DNA of 64,000 bases from Vulcanimicrobiota bacterium. Its GTDB lineage: Bacteria > Vulcanimicrobiota > Vulcanimicrobiia > Vulcanimicrobiales > Vulcanimicrobiaceae. Shown piece after piece: positions 11,578 through 21,009 of the stretch. Under the pieces are notes generated by a model. The model made no database searches and was not told the DNA's origin. It was given only the letters and a program-made list of their open reading frames with translations. Position numbers and translations under genes: made by a program. Position 1 is the stretch's first letter, and every line of letters starts with the position of its first letter. Location: positions 288,001 to 352,000 of the forward strand of contig CAVTCS010000003.1 of NCBI GenBank assembly GCA_963733295.1, in the 5' to 3' direction.

Positions 11578-12942
11578 CTACGCGCTCGTTTGGAAGCCGG
11601 CCTCGCGCCACGCGTCGATGCCTCCGGCGAGATTGACGACGTTCTTGAATCCGGAACGCTGGAGCAAGCTGCCGGCGATCGCACTGCGGTAGCCGCTCTT
11701 GCAGTAGACGCCGACGGCCGCTTCGCGGTCGAGATCGTCGATCGATGCGAGCAGACGGTTCAAGGGAAGATGCAGAGCGCCGGCCACGTGGCCGCTCGAC
11801 CATTCCGGGTCGCGGCGAACGTCGATCGTCCGTAAACCCGCTCGAACTCGCTCCGCGAAAGCGTTCGGCGCAATTTGCGCTAGCGTCGCAAGCGGCATTC
11901 CGGCGGCGGTCCAGGCGGCGATGCCGCCCCGGGCGTAGCCGATCGTGCGGTCGATCCCGACGCGCGAGAGCCGCATCCGTGCCTCCTTGACTGCGCGCTC
12001 GTCGGCCCCGAGGAGCACGATGTCGACTTGGAGCCCGACGACTTGTCCGGCCCACGATGCGAATTGCCCGTCGAGTCCGATGTTCACCGAGCCGGGAATG
12101 TGACCGGCGGCGAACGCGTCTTCGTCGCGTACGTCGATGACGAGAACCCCACGTCGCTGCGCCGCGGCGACCTGCGCCGGCTCGAATCCGTCGAGTTCGT
12201 GTAACTCGCTCAGCGGTGCAGCGCCCGAGCGGTTCATTTCGACATCGCTCGCGAAATAGGCGGGACGGTCGGGCAAATCGCTCGCCATGAGCTCGACGAA
12301 CGCCGCCTTGTCGGCGATCTTCAGGGCGTAGTTCGAGGCCCTTTCCCGGCCGATCGTCGAACTGCGGTCGTCGCTCATCGCCCGCCCGCAGAGCGATCCC
12401 GCTCCATGCGCCGGGAACACGAGCACGTCGTCGGGCAGCCGAAGTAACTTCTCATGAAGGCTATCGTAGAGAAGTGCGGCCAGTTCGCGAGGCTCTCCGC
12501 CGAGATCCGGCCGGCCGACGTCACCGATAAAGAGCGTGTCGCCGGTGAAGACCGCGTACGGTTCGGACGAACGCTGTTCGTCGGTCAGCACGATGCTTAC
12601 GCTCTCGACCGTGTGCCCGGGCGTTTCGTAAAATGTGAGTTTGCACGCACCGACCCGGAGTTCGTCGCCGTCGCGGACCGGGATGTGAGGGAATCCGGCG
12701 CCGGCCTTCGCACCGAGGTATACGCGTGCTCCGGTCCGCTCGGCAAGCTCGCGGTGTCCGGACACGAAATCGGCGTGGAGATGCGTCTCGATGACGTACT
12801 TGATCGTGAAGCCGCGATCGCGGGCTTCGTCTAAGTACTGTTCGATGTCACGTTGGGGATCGATGACGGCGGCTTCGCCCTCGGAGCCGATGAAATAGGA
12901 CGCGTGTGCCAAGCAGCTGAGGAAGAACTGCTGAAAGTGCAT
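11578..12942 (-). CDS. MBL-fold persulfide dioxygenase fused to two rhodanese domains (CstB-like)
   Basis: ETHLHADF, GDTLFIGDVGRPDL and PAHGAGSLCG; middle rhodanese lacks the catalytic Cys; C-terminal rhodanese has YCKSGYRS. ATG at 12942. Confidence 0.9.
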   Translation of the reverse strand: MHFQQFFLSCLAHASYFIGSEGEAAVIDPQRDIEQYLDEARDRGFTIKYVIETHLHADFVSGHRELAERTGARVYLGAKAGAGFPHIPVRDGDELRVGACKLTFYETPGHTVESVSIVLTDEQRSSEPYAVFTGDTLFIGDVGRPDLGGEPRELAALLYDSLHEKLLRLPDDVLVFPAHGAGSLCGRAMSDDRSSTIGRERASNYALKIADKAAFVELMASDLPDRPAYFASDVEMNRSGAAPLSELHELDGFEPAQVAAAQRRGVLVIDVRDEDAFAAGHIPGSVNIGLDGQFASWAGQVVGLQVDIVLLGADERAVKEARMRLSRVGIDRTIGYARGGIAAWTAAGMPLATLAQIAPNAFAERVRAGLRTIDVRRDPEWSSGHVAGALHLPLNRLLASIDDLDREAAVGVYCKSGYRSAIAGSLLQRSGFKNVVNLAGGIDAWREAGFQTSA

Positions 12943-13066
12943 TTGACGCCCCCTCTCAAAGAGTACGTTTCTTCGTCGGGAGAACCGAGCATCTCCTCGC
13001 CGTCGAAGCAGCGGCGTCGCTCCATGGGAAGGTGACGCAGCTCTCGGGACAAATGCAAACGCCCGC

Positions 13067-14719
13067 ATGATCACCGCCGAGGATCTCCGCGCGGTTGCGC
13101 TGTTCGCTGCCGTGCCGTACGCCGACCTCGAGCGACTCGCGCGCGTTGCGGCCGATCTGCAGATCCCCGCCGGGGAATATGCGGTCAACGAGGGAGATCC
13201 ACGCGCGCTGTACGTCGTGCTCGAGGGGAGCGCCGCTGTGACGAAGATGGTCGCAGGGGTGGAACGGACCGTCGGCGTGCGCGGGCCGGGCGAAGTGTTC
13301 GGGGAAGTGCCCGTCGTACTCGGGACACCGGTGCTCGCGAGTCTGCGCGCGACGACGGCGTGCAGGATCGTGCGAATCGATCCCCGCGAGATTCACGTGC
13401 TCTCGGCTGCCGTCCCAGAGGTCTCGGAGATGCTCGGCGCGTTGGCGCGCGACCGGATCGAGGGGTTGCAAGATATCACCAACGAACAGCCGGAGCCGCT
13501 CGCGTGCGTGCTAGGCGCGCGCTGGGACGATCGATGTTACAAGCTCCGCGCGTTTCTGGAGCACAACCTGGTGCAGTTCGAGTGGGTCATTGCGGGAGAA
13601 CCGTCGCCCGACCGGTTTGCCGCCGACCTGGCAGCCGTTGCGGAGCGCCTCCCGGCCGTGCGCATCCGCGAGGGTCCGCTGCTGATACAGCCCGACCTCC
13701 GCGAACTGGCGCGCGCGCTGTCGTTGTCGACCGACCCGCAACATGTCGACTACGACGTGGCGATCGTGGGTGGTGGACCCGCCGGCCTTGCGGCGTCAGT
13801 CTACGGCGCGTCGGAGGGGCTGCGCACGGTGATGATCGAGCGCGAAGCTCCCGGTGGCCAAGCTGCGACGTCGTCGCGCATCGAGAACTACCTCGGCTTC
13901 CCGACCGGCGTCTCGGGCGAAGAACTCGCCGCGCGTGCGCTGCAACAGGCAAAGCGGTTCGGTGCCGAGATCGTCGTTACGCGCCGGGTCACGTGCATCG
14001 ACCCGGCAAGTCGTTCGATCGAACTCGACGGGGACGTGATCGTGCGCGCAAAGACCATCATCCTTGCAACCGGCGTCGCCTGGCGACGCCTGACGATTGA
14101 GTCGTGCGACCGGTTGATCGGCCGAGGCGTCTACTACGGTGCGGCCCGCAGCGAAGCACCCGGCACGCAGGGAGAAGACGTCTATTTGATCGGTGCCGGC
14201 AACTCGGCGGGACAAGCGGCTCTGTATTTCTCGACCTACGCTCGCCGCGTCGCGCTCGTCGTCCGAGGTGACGACCTCGCCAAGAGTATGTCGTATTATC
14301 TTATCCAACAGCTCGAGCAACGCGAAAACGTCGACGTGCTCTTGGGCTGTGAAGTCGTCTCGGTGCAAGGAGACGAGCATCTCGAATCGATCGATATTCG
14401 CCGGTTGAACGAGGGCGAGAGATTCAGGCGCGAGACGACCGGTCTGTTCGCGTTTATCGGAGCCGACGCGGAGACGGACTGGATGCCGCGCGAGGTCTTG
14501 CGCGACGACAAAGGCTACGTTCTGACAGGACCGGATGTCCGAGGCAATGCCGCGTGGCCGCTCGAGCGGCCGCCCTATCTGCTCGAGACGAACGCGCCTG
14601 GAGTCTTCGCCTGCGGAGACGTCCGTCACGGCTCGATCAAACGCGTCGCCTCGGGCGTCGGCGAGGGCAGCATGGCGATTGCGTTCGTGCACCAGTACCT
14701 GAACGAAACCGGACGGTAA
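13067..14719 (+). CDS. cNMP-binding domain + thioredoxin-reductase-like FAD oxidoreductase
   Basis: N-terminal cNMP fold (GEVFGEV); GGGPAG, IENYLGFP, GAGNSAGQ and GVFACGDVR. No CxxC (YYGAARSE at that position). Confidence 0.9.
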   Translation: MITAEDLRAVALFAAVPYADLERLARVAADLQIPAGEYAVNEGDPRALYVVLEGSAAVTKMVAGVERTVGVRGPGEVFGEVPVVLGTPVLASLRATTACRIVRIDPREIHVLSAAVPEVSEMLGALARDRIEGLQDITNEQPEPLACVLGARWDDRCYKLRAFLEHNLVQFEWVIAGEPSPDRFAADLAAVAERLPAVRIREGPLLIQPDLRELARALSLSTDPQHVDYDVAIVGGGPAGLAASVYGASEGLRTVMIEREAPGGQAATSSRIENYLGFPTGVSGEELAARALQQAKRFGAEIVVTRRVTCIDPASRSIELDGDVIVRAKTIILATGVAWRRLTIESCDRLIGRGVYYGAARSEAPGTQGEDVYLIGAGNSAGQAALYFSTYARRVALVVRGDDLAKSMSYYLIQQLEQRENVDVLLGCEVVSVQGDEHLESIDIRRLNEGERFRRETTGLFAFIGADAETDWMPREVLRDDKGYVLTGPDVRGNAAWPLERPPYLLETNAPGVFACGDVRHGSIKRVASGVGEGSMAIAFVHQYLNETGR

Positions 14720-14785
14720 CGCGCAGGTACGGGCGCGTACGGTCCGTGAAGAAACGTTCCCCTGACCAGGATGAGGGCCGGCGGG

Positions 14786-15112
14786 ATGACGGACAACCAC
14801 GATGTCGGCGGGAGAGGCTCGGACGCGCCGATCCCGCGCAAGGAACACGCGTTTCTCCCTTGGGAGTTCCGCGTCGAGGCTTTGAGGGAAGCGCTCACCG
14901 ATCCCAAGCGCCCAGGCGGCCAGCGGATGACGGTCGACGAGATGCGACGCGGCATCGAAGCGCTTAGCGCGGAAGAGTACTACAATCTGAACTTCTACGG
15001 GAAGTGGCTGCGCTCGATGATTGCACTCTTCAGCGAACGCGATCTCGTCGAGCGAGCGCAGATCGAGCGCCGCGCCGCGGAACTCGCCGCCGAGCACGAG
15101 CACGAGCATTGA
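14786..15112 (+). CDS. Nitrile hydratase beta N-terminal half / thiocyanate hydrolase beta-like subunit
   Basis: HDVGG, PWE, DEMRRGIEAL and YYNLNFYGKW match the NHase beta N-domain. Confidence 0.85.
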   Translation: MTDNHDVGGRGSDAPIPRKEHAFLPWEFRVEALREALTDPKRPGGQRMTVDEMRRGIEALSAEEYYNLNFYGKWLRSMIALFSERDLVERAQIERRAAELAAEHEHEH

Positions 15113-15402
15113 GCGAGCGCCGGTTTGAGCCGGGCGATGCCGTCCGCGTCTCATGCCGAGATCATACGGGTCACATGCGAACTCCGAAGTATATCCGGGG
15201 AAAGCGCGGCGTCGTCGAACGCGTTTGCGGCGCCTTCCTCAATCCCGAAGAGCTCGCCTACGGCCGTCGCAACGGGCCGGTCGCTCATCTCTATCGCGTC
15301 CGTTTTTCGCAGCGCGAGGTCTGGCCCGACTACGCCGGCCCCGCCGGCGACACGCTCGATGTCGAGATCTACGAGCATTGGCTCCAGCCGGAGGGAACAT
15401 GA
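15109..15402 (+). CDS. Nitrile hydratase beta C-terminal SH3-like subunit / thiocyanate hydrolase alpha-like
   Basis: TTG start overlaps the upstream TGA; FEPGDAVRV, HMRTPKYIRGKRGVV, LYRVRF and VEIYEHWL. Confidence 0.85.
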   Translation: MSERRFEPGDAVRVSCRDHTGHMRTPKYIRGKRGVVERVCGAFLNPEELAYGRRNGPVAHLYRVRFSQREVWPDYAGPAGDTLDVEIYEHWLQPEGT

Positions 15403-15980
15403 GCGTCACGCACGAGCACGTTGACCGGAGCGACGAGTTCCTCGAACAAGCCTTTCGCGAAGCGCTGATTGCAGCCGGAGTCCTCACGCAAGCCGAGGTC
15501 GACGCGAAGGTGGAGTTGTTGTACTCGCGTCAACCCGCTCTGGGCGGCCGCGTCGTGGTGCGCGCTTGGTTCGATCCCGCATTCCGGGCGCGCCTTTTGG
15601 CTGACGGAAGTGCGGGCGTCCGCGAACTCGGAATCGAGGTCGGGGCGCTCAAGCTCGTCATCGTCGAGAATACGCCGCAGGTCCACAACCTGATCGTCTG
15701 CACCTTGTGCTCGTGCTATCCTCGGATGCTGCTCGGCCTGCCGCCGGACTGGTACAAGAGCATCGAATACCGATCGAGAGCCGTGCGCGAGCCGCGTGCC
15801 GTCCTCGCCGAGTTCGGCGTGCAGCTCGCTTCCGGCAGAGCCGTGCGCGTTCACGACAGCACCGCCGACATGCGGTACCTCGTTCTTCCGATGCGGCCGC
15901 CCGGTACGGACGACTTAAGCGAAGAGCGTCTCCAGGCGATGGTCACGCGCGACGGCATGATCGGCACCTCAGAGCTCTAG
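15399..15980 (+). CDS. Cobalt-type nitrile hydratase alpha / thiocyanate hydrolase gamma subunit
   Basis: ATGA coupling; metal-binding motif VCTLCSCYPR (Co-type); VHDSTADMRYLVLPMRP. Confidence 0.92.
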   Translation: MSVTHEHVDRSDEFLEQAFREALIAAGVLTQAEVDAKVELLYSRQPALGGRVVVRAWFDPAFRARLLADGSAGVRELGIEVGALKLVIVENTPQVHNLIVCTLCSCYPRMLLGLPPDWYKSIEYRSRAVREPRAVLAEFGVQLASGRAVRVHDSTADMRYLVLPMRPPGTDDLSEERLQAMVTRDGMIGTSEL

Positions 15981-16033
15981 GACGGCGGTTCGAGAAGCGC
16001 GAATACGTCGGGGTGTCCGCGTAGAGGTGCACT

Positions 16034-17224
16034 ATGAACCGTCACCGTTTTCTCGCTGCCGCCGGGAGCGCTCTCGGCGCGGCATTGCCTCTGGCGTCGC
16101 TCGCCGAGCAAAGCGTTTCGTTGCCGATGGCCAACGGCGAACGACCCGTCGTCGCCTTCCCTCAGAAGCGGCCTTTGATTCTCCTGACACCACGGCCACC
16201 GCAGCTCGAGACGCCCTTTTCAGTCTTCGATGACGGTGAGTTCACGCCGAACGATGCGTTCTTCGTGCGCTGGCATCTCGCGGGCATCCCGACGACCGTC
16301 GACGCCGCGACGCACCGCATCGCCGTTACCGGAGCGGTCCGGCAGACGTTGTCGCTTTCTCTCAACGACCTCGCGGGGATGCCGCAGGTCGAAATCGCGG
16401 CGGTCAACCAGTGCTCGGGCAACAGCCGCGGTCTGTTCGCTCCACGGGTCGCCGGGGGTCAATGGGACAACGGCGCGATGGGCAACGCTCGCTGGACCGG
16501 CGTGCGCCTGCGCGACATCCTCGCTCGCGCCGGAGTGACGTCGAGTGCGAAGCAAGTGCAGTTCCAGGGACTCGAGCAGCCGATTTTGCCGACGACGCCG
16601 GCGTTTCGCAAATCGCTTGACCTCGACGTCGCGCGTCAAGACGACGTCGTCGTCGCGTATTTGATGAACGATGCGCCGATGCCGTTGTTGAACGGCTACC
16701 CTGTCCGCCTCGTCGTGCCGGGCTGGTTTGCGACGTATTGGGTCAAGATGCTCTCGACAATCACGGTTCTCGACCACACCGATGACAATTTCTGGATGAA
16801 GACCGCCTATCGGATACCGGCGACGCCGGGAAACACCGTGGCGCCGACCGATACCGGTTACCCTACGATTCCGATCAATCGAATGCGGGTGCGTTCCTTT
16901 GTCACGAACGTCAGCGCCGGCGAGAAACTCTCGGCCGGGCGCCGGCCGCTGCGCGGTATAGCGTTCGACGGCGGCAGCGGGATCAAGAGCGTCGAAGTTT
17001 CGAGCGATGGCGGGACCTCTTGGCGCGCGGCAACGCTCGAAAAAGACTACGGGAAATTCGCCTTCCGTAGATGGAACGCAGACTGGGAGGCGGCCGTGGG
17101 CAAGTATACTCTCGCCGTTCGAGCGACGTCGAATGACGGCGAGGTGCAAACGACGACTCCCGTTTGGAATCCCGGCGGCTACCTGCGCAACAACATCGAG
17201 ACCTACGAGGTGACGGTCGCGTGA
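16034..17224 (+). CDS. sorA: Molybdopterin sulfite:cytochrome c oxidoreductase subunit A (SorA-like)
   Basis: Tat-like leader NRHRFL; FFVRWH, NQCSGNSR (Mo-ligand Cys), LNGYPVRLVVPG and WNPGGY. Confidence 0.88.
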   Translation: MNRHRFLAAAGSALGAALPLASLAEQSVSLPMANGERPVVAFPQKRPLILLTPRPPQLETPFSVFDDGEFTPNDAFFVRWHLAGIPTTVDAATHRIAVTGAVRQTLSLSLNDLAGMPQVEIAAVNQCSGNSRGLFAPRVAGGQWDNGAMGNARWTGVRLRDILARAGVTSSAKQVQFQGLEQPILPTTPAFRKSLDLDVARQDDVVVAYLMNDAPMPLLNGYPVRLVVPGWFATYWVKMLSTITVLDHTDDNFWMKTAYRIPATPGNTVAPTDTGYPTIPINRMRVRSFVTNVSAGEKLSAGRRPLRGIAFDGGSGIKSVEVSSDGGTSWRAATLEKDYGKFAFRRWNADWEAAVGKYTLAVRATSNDGEVQTTTPVWNPGGYLRNNIETYEVTVA

Positions 17225-17550
17225 AACGCTTAGCCCTCGCTCTATCGCTGCTCGCAATCGTGGCAGCAGCCGCATACGCGGCCCCGCCCGCACCACCCAC
17301 GGCAACGGTCAGCATCCAACTTCCGGGTGACGCCGGGATGGCGTTTAAGCCGGGTCCCGGCCTCGCCGTCGTGCAGGCGAACTGCCTCGTGTGTCACTCA
17401 TCCGCATACGTCAGCATTCAGCCCGTTTTTAGCCGCGCTCAGTGGACCGCCGAGGTGACGAAGATGAAGACCGTTTACGGCGCGTCCATCGCCGACGATG
17501 CGTTCGCTCCGATCGTCGACTATCTCGTCAGCGAATACGGCAAACCGTAA
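17221..17550 (+). CDS. sorB: Monoheme cytochrome c subunit (SorB-like)
   Basis: GTGA overlap with sorA; signal peptide; CLVCH heme motif; WTAEVTKM...YGA. Confidence 0.85.
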   Translation: MKRLALALSLLAIVAAAAYAAPPAPPTATVSIQLPGDAGMAFKPGPGLAVVQANCLVCHSSAYVSIQPVFSRAQWTAEVTKMKTVYGASIADDAFAPIVDYLVSEYGKP

Positions 17551-17638
17551 GAGCGGATCGTGGGCTCCTCGAAAGAAGTGACCGGCAACCGCTAGGCCGG
17601 TAGGGGACAAAGCAGGCGTTGGTAAGAACCGGCCTGCC

Positions 17639-18298
17639 ATGATGATTCGAACGATTCTCGGTGCCGCGTGCGCCGCGCTTGCGCTCGCAGCGTTCGTACC
17701 TGCGGCGGCCCAAACACCTGCCGCTTCGCTGTTCGGCAGGAACCTCGTCGTCAACGGGAACGCCGAAGCCGACACCGGATCCCCCGACGCCACTCAAATC
17801 GTGAAGCCCAGCGACTGGACGACGACCGGTCAATTCACCGTCGTCCAATATGGGGCCAGCGGTGGTTTCCCCGACAAGTCAGCGCCCGGTCCCGCCGATC
17901 GCGGCAAGAACTTTTTCGCCGGCGGCAACGCGGCCCTGTCGACCGCGACACAGACGATCGATCTGAGCTCGGGCGCGGAGGCGATCGACGCTGGTTCGGT
18001 CACGTACGCGCTCTCCGGGTGGCTCGGTGGTTACAGCAACCAGGATGACGACGTGCAAGTTACGGTCGCGTTCTTGAACGAGAGCGGCGGCAAGCTTAGC
18101 GGCAGCGCGCAGGTCGGCCCCCTCAAAGCGGCCGATCGCAAGGGCGTCACCGGGATCTTCCTGCGCTCGACGACGGGAGCGGTTCCCGCCCACGCCCGCT
18201 CGGCGCGCGTCACCCTCACCGTGACGCGATACGACGGCGAGTACAATGACGGCTACTCGGACGATATCTCGCTCGTGCTCAAAAAGAAGGGTGCCTAG
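17639..18298 (+). CDS. Secreted beta-sandwich (carbohydrate-binding-like) protein
   Basis: Signal peptide; NLVVNGNAE ... QTIDL ... YSDDISL jelly-roll-like pattern. Confidence 0.7.
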   Translation: MMIRTILGAACAALALAAFVPAAAQTPAASLFGRNLVVNGNAEADTGSPDATQIVKPSDWTTTGQFTVVQYGASGGFPDKSAPGPADRGKNFFAGGNAALSTATQTIDLSSGAEAIDAGSVTYALSGWLGGYSNQDDDVQVTVAFLNESGGKLSGSAQVGPLKAADRKGVTGIFLRSTTGAVPAHARSARVTLTVTRYDGEYNDGYSDDISLVLKKKGA

Positions 18299-18321
18299 CC
18301 GCCAAACCGGGAGAACGAATG

Positions 18322-19314
18322 TCAGGCTAAGCGGAAGATGAAGAGCGTCATCGATTGTTCGCTGCCGCCGCTGCGCGCCGCACCGGCCGGAACGTAGAGA
18401 GCGTCCTTCACGACTGCTGCGCCGGTGCCGTGCCGGCCCTCGGGTAGTGGCGAGAAAACGCTCCACTCGTTGCGGCGCGGATCGAAAGCCTCGTTATTCG
18501 TGAACGTGGCGCCTCGGCGTTCGCCGCCGATCGCAAAAATGCGGTCGCGATAAAGCGTGACCGCCATACCGCTTCGCTTTGACGGCATCGGTGCGAGCGA
18601 GCTCCAGCGATCGATCGCGGGATCGTACGCGTCGACGAAGGACGTGTTGTGGTCGAAATCGTCGACTCTGCCGGCGATGGCATAGAGCTTTTGATCGAAT
18701 GCGACCAGACCCATATGATCGCGGCCGACAGGTAGCGGCGCCGCGGCTTTATACTGGTCGATCGACGGGTCGTACACGTCGTGGGTTCCAACGCTACGCT
18801 CGTCGTGTCCGCCGACGAGATGGATCTTACCGTCGAGCTCCGCGACCGAAATGGAGGCGCGCTTCGTCGGAACGCGCGAAAGCGAGGTCCAACGGCCGCT
18901 CGCCGGCTCGTAGACGGACGCGTCGGCAACCGCGCGATTTTGGCTGTCAAAACCGCCGAACGCGTACAGCTTACGGCCGAAGGCGACAAGGCCGACGTGA
19001 TTTAATCCCGTGGGTAACGAAGCGAGATTCGTCCAGCGGTTCGTTGTCGCATCGTAGGCTTCGACGAGCGAACCATCGACGGCTGCGGGTCCGAAGCCGC
19101 CGACGACGTAGAGCGAGCTTCCTATGGCGGCCACCGCGTCCTCGCTGCGCGGCGTTGGAAGGGGCGCGCCGGTCGACCACATGCCCCGTGAAGCCTGCGC
19201 CTGGGACGCGCTCGGCCAGACGGCGAGCGGGGATACGGCGACCGTGCGGATGAATTCGCGACGTTTACGGGAGAGCACGTTCACATCGTACCCGGACAGA
19301 GCGTCCGTTCCCAT
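18322..19314 (-). CDS. Kelch-repeat beta-propeller protein with Tat signal
   Basis: RREFI Tat motif; six repeats of LY..GG...YDP...W...P. Start codon uncertain. Confidence 0.85.
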   Translation of the reverse strand: MGTDALSGYDVNVLSRKRREFIRTVAVSPLAVWPSASQAQASRGMWSTGAPLPTPRSEDAVAAIGSSLYVVGGFGPAAVDGSLVEAYDATTNRWTNLASLPTGLNHVGLVAFGRKLYAFGGFDSQNRAVADASVYEPASGRWTSLSRVPTKRASISVAELDGKIHLVGGHDERSVGTHDVYDPSIDQYKAAAPLPVGRDHMGLVAFDQKLYAIAGRVDDFDHNTSFVDAYDPAIDRWSSLAPMPSKRSGMAVTLYRDRIFAIGGERRGATFTNNEAFDPRRNEWSVFSPLPEGRHGTGAAVVKDALYVPAGAARSGGSEQSMTLFIFRLA

Positions 19315-19324
19315 GGAGGTTGAG

Positions 19325-19783
19325 ATGACCCTAACTGGGATGACCCTGACGCAGAGGATAAAGCCTTTCTTATGGTTCGACGGAAAGGCCGAAGAGGCGG
19401 CGCGATTCTACGTGTCGATTTTCGGGGATTCGAAGATCGAAAGCACGGGATCGATGGCGACGAGATTCCAAATCGAAGGCATGCAGTTCATCGCACTCAA
19501 CGGCGGACCACAATACGCATTCTCACCGGCCGTATCGTTCCTCGTGAATTGCGAAACACAGGCGGAAGTCGACGAACTGTGGTCGAGGCTCTCCGAAGGC
19601 GGTGAGACGCAACAGTGTGGTTGGTTGAAAGACCGGTTCGGCCTGTCCTGGCAAATCGTCCCGACGGTCCTCGGCGACATGTTAAATGACGACGACGACG
19701 AGAAATCGGAGCGGGTCATGCAGGCGATGCTCCAGATGGACAAGATCGATATCGCCGCTTTGAAGCGGGCGTACGAAGGTTAA
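19325..19783 (+). CDS. VOC/PhnB-like (3-demethylubiquinone-9 3-methyltransferase family) protein
   Basis: [22 protein letters not shown] and [23 protein letters not shown]. Confidence 0.9.
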   Translation: MTLTGMTLTQRIKPFLWFDGKAEEAARFYVSIFGDSKIESTGSMATRFQIEGMQFIALNGGPQYAFSPAVSFLVNCETQAEVDELWSRLSEGGETQQCGWLKDRFGLSWQIVPTVLGDMLNDDDDEKSERVMQAMLQMDKIDIAALKRAYEG

Positions 19784-20085
19784 ATCGCAGGATCCACAAA
19801 GCGGATCGCTGGATCTCGCTTTCGCTGCGAGGTGCGCGCTTTGGGTTTCGACGGTCGATGCGATGTACGTCGCAGACCGTACGAATTTGACGCCCGAGCT
19901 TCCGCTCGACAACCCGCACGTCGCGGCTCATACCGTGCGCGCGCACGTCTCGCTAAAGGGAATGCACGATGTCCGCCGATTTGCAGGTTCTAAAGAATGC
20001 GTCGGACGAAGGCGGCCGATAAGGTTCGGATGGAGCCGCGGCGTATGCTGAAAGCGGATCGATAAGTAACAAGGAGACGCGATCG

Positions 20086-21006
20086 ATGGAACGGATCGAA
20101 GAGTCGGGGCCGCTACGTTCGTTCCGCGCGTCATTCGCGACGCTGCTCGTATTCGTACTCTGCTTCGCGCAAGGCCAGGCCGCGTCGGCTCCCGCGATGT
20201 GGCTGGTGCAAGGGCCAAAAGCAAAGGTCTACATCTTCGGGACGATTCACATCATGAAACCCGGCGTCGTTTGGTCGACGCCTGCGATCGCTCGCGCCCT
20301 TTCGCAAAGCGACGACCTCTGGCTCGAAATCCCCGACGATCTGCGCGATCCCAGCGCTCTTTTGCCGGAGGTCAGCAAGCTTGGCATGGATCCCGAACAT
20401 CCGCTCTCGACCAAGATTTCGAAAGACGACCTGAGTCGCCTCGACGCGGCCTTCAAGGCTGCCGGACTGCCGGGCGAGGCGCCCTTCGAGTCGTTCAGGC
20501 CGTGGTTCGCAGCGCTGATGGTCAGCGTGCTTCCCGCGGCCAAGGCCGGGTACTCGGGCGCGAACGGCATCGACGCGAACTTGCGCGCGCAAATGATCTC
20601 GGCCGGCAAACCGGTCAAAGGCTTCGAGTCGCTTTCGGAGCAGCTCCATTTGTTCGCCGATCTCTCGCCGTCGCAAGAAGTAGCGCTCCTCCATCAGTCG
20701 CTCGCCACTTCGGAAACGGCGGGTTCCTCCGGCGGTGCTTCCGATATCGATAAGCTCGAAGCGGCCTGGCAGAGCGGAGACATCGCCCAAGTTGCGCGCT
20801 ACGAGGCGCAGATGGACGCGCTCGACCCGTCATTGACTGCCGTCCTTTTGATCGATCGCAATGCAAATTGGGCCAAACAGCTCGATCGGCGCCTGCAGGG
20901 CGCGGGAACCTCGTTCGTTGCGGTCGGTGTCGCACACCTCAGCGGCTCCGGCAGCCTCTTGGAGGACTTGGCGAAGCTCGGCTACACCGTAACCCGCCTC
21001 GAGTAG
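20086..21006 (+). CDS. TraB/GumN family protein
   Basis: YIFGTIH, GFES..EQ, DRNANW and FVAVGVAHL; signal peptide. Confidence 0.88.
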   Translation: MERIEESGPLRSFRASFATLLVFVLCFAQGQAASAPAMWLVQGPKAKVYIFGTIHIMKPGVVWSTPAIARALSQSDDLWLEIPDDLRDPSALLPEVSKLGMDPEHPLSTKISKDDLSRLDAAFKAAGLPGEAPFESFRPWFAALMVSVLPAAKAGYSGANGIDANLRAQMISAGKPVKGFESLSEQLHLFADLSPSQEVALLHQSLATSETAGSSGGASDIDKLEAAWQSGDIAQVARYEAQMDALDPSLTAVLLIDRNANWAKQLDRRLQGAGTSFVAVGVAHLSGSGSLLEDLAKLGYTVTRLE

Positions 21007-21009
21007 GGC

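Noticed and set aside
19325..19350. Short tandem duplication ATGACCCTAAC/ATGACCCTGAC at the VOC gene start
   Set aside because: Only two copies of 11 bp; it merely makes the start codon ambiguous.
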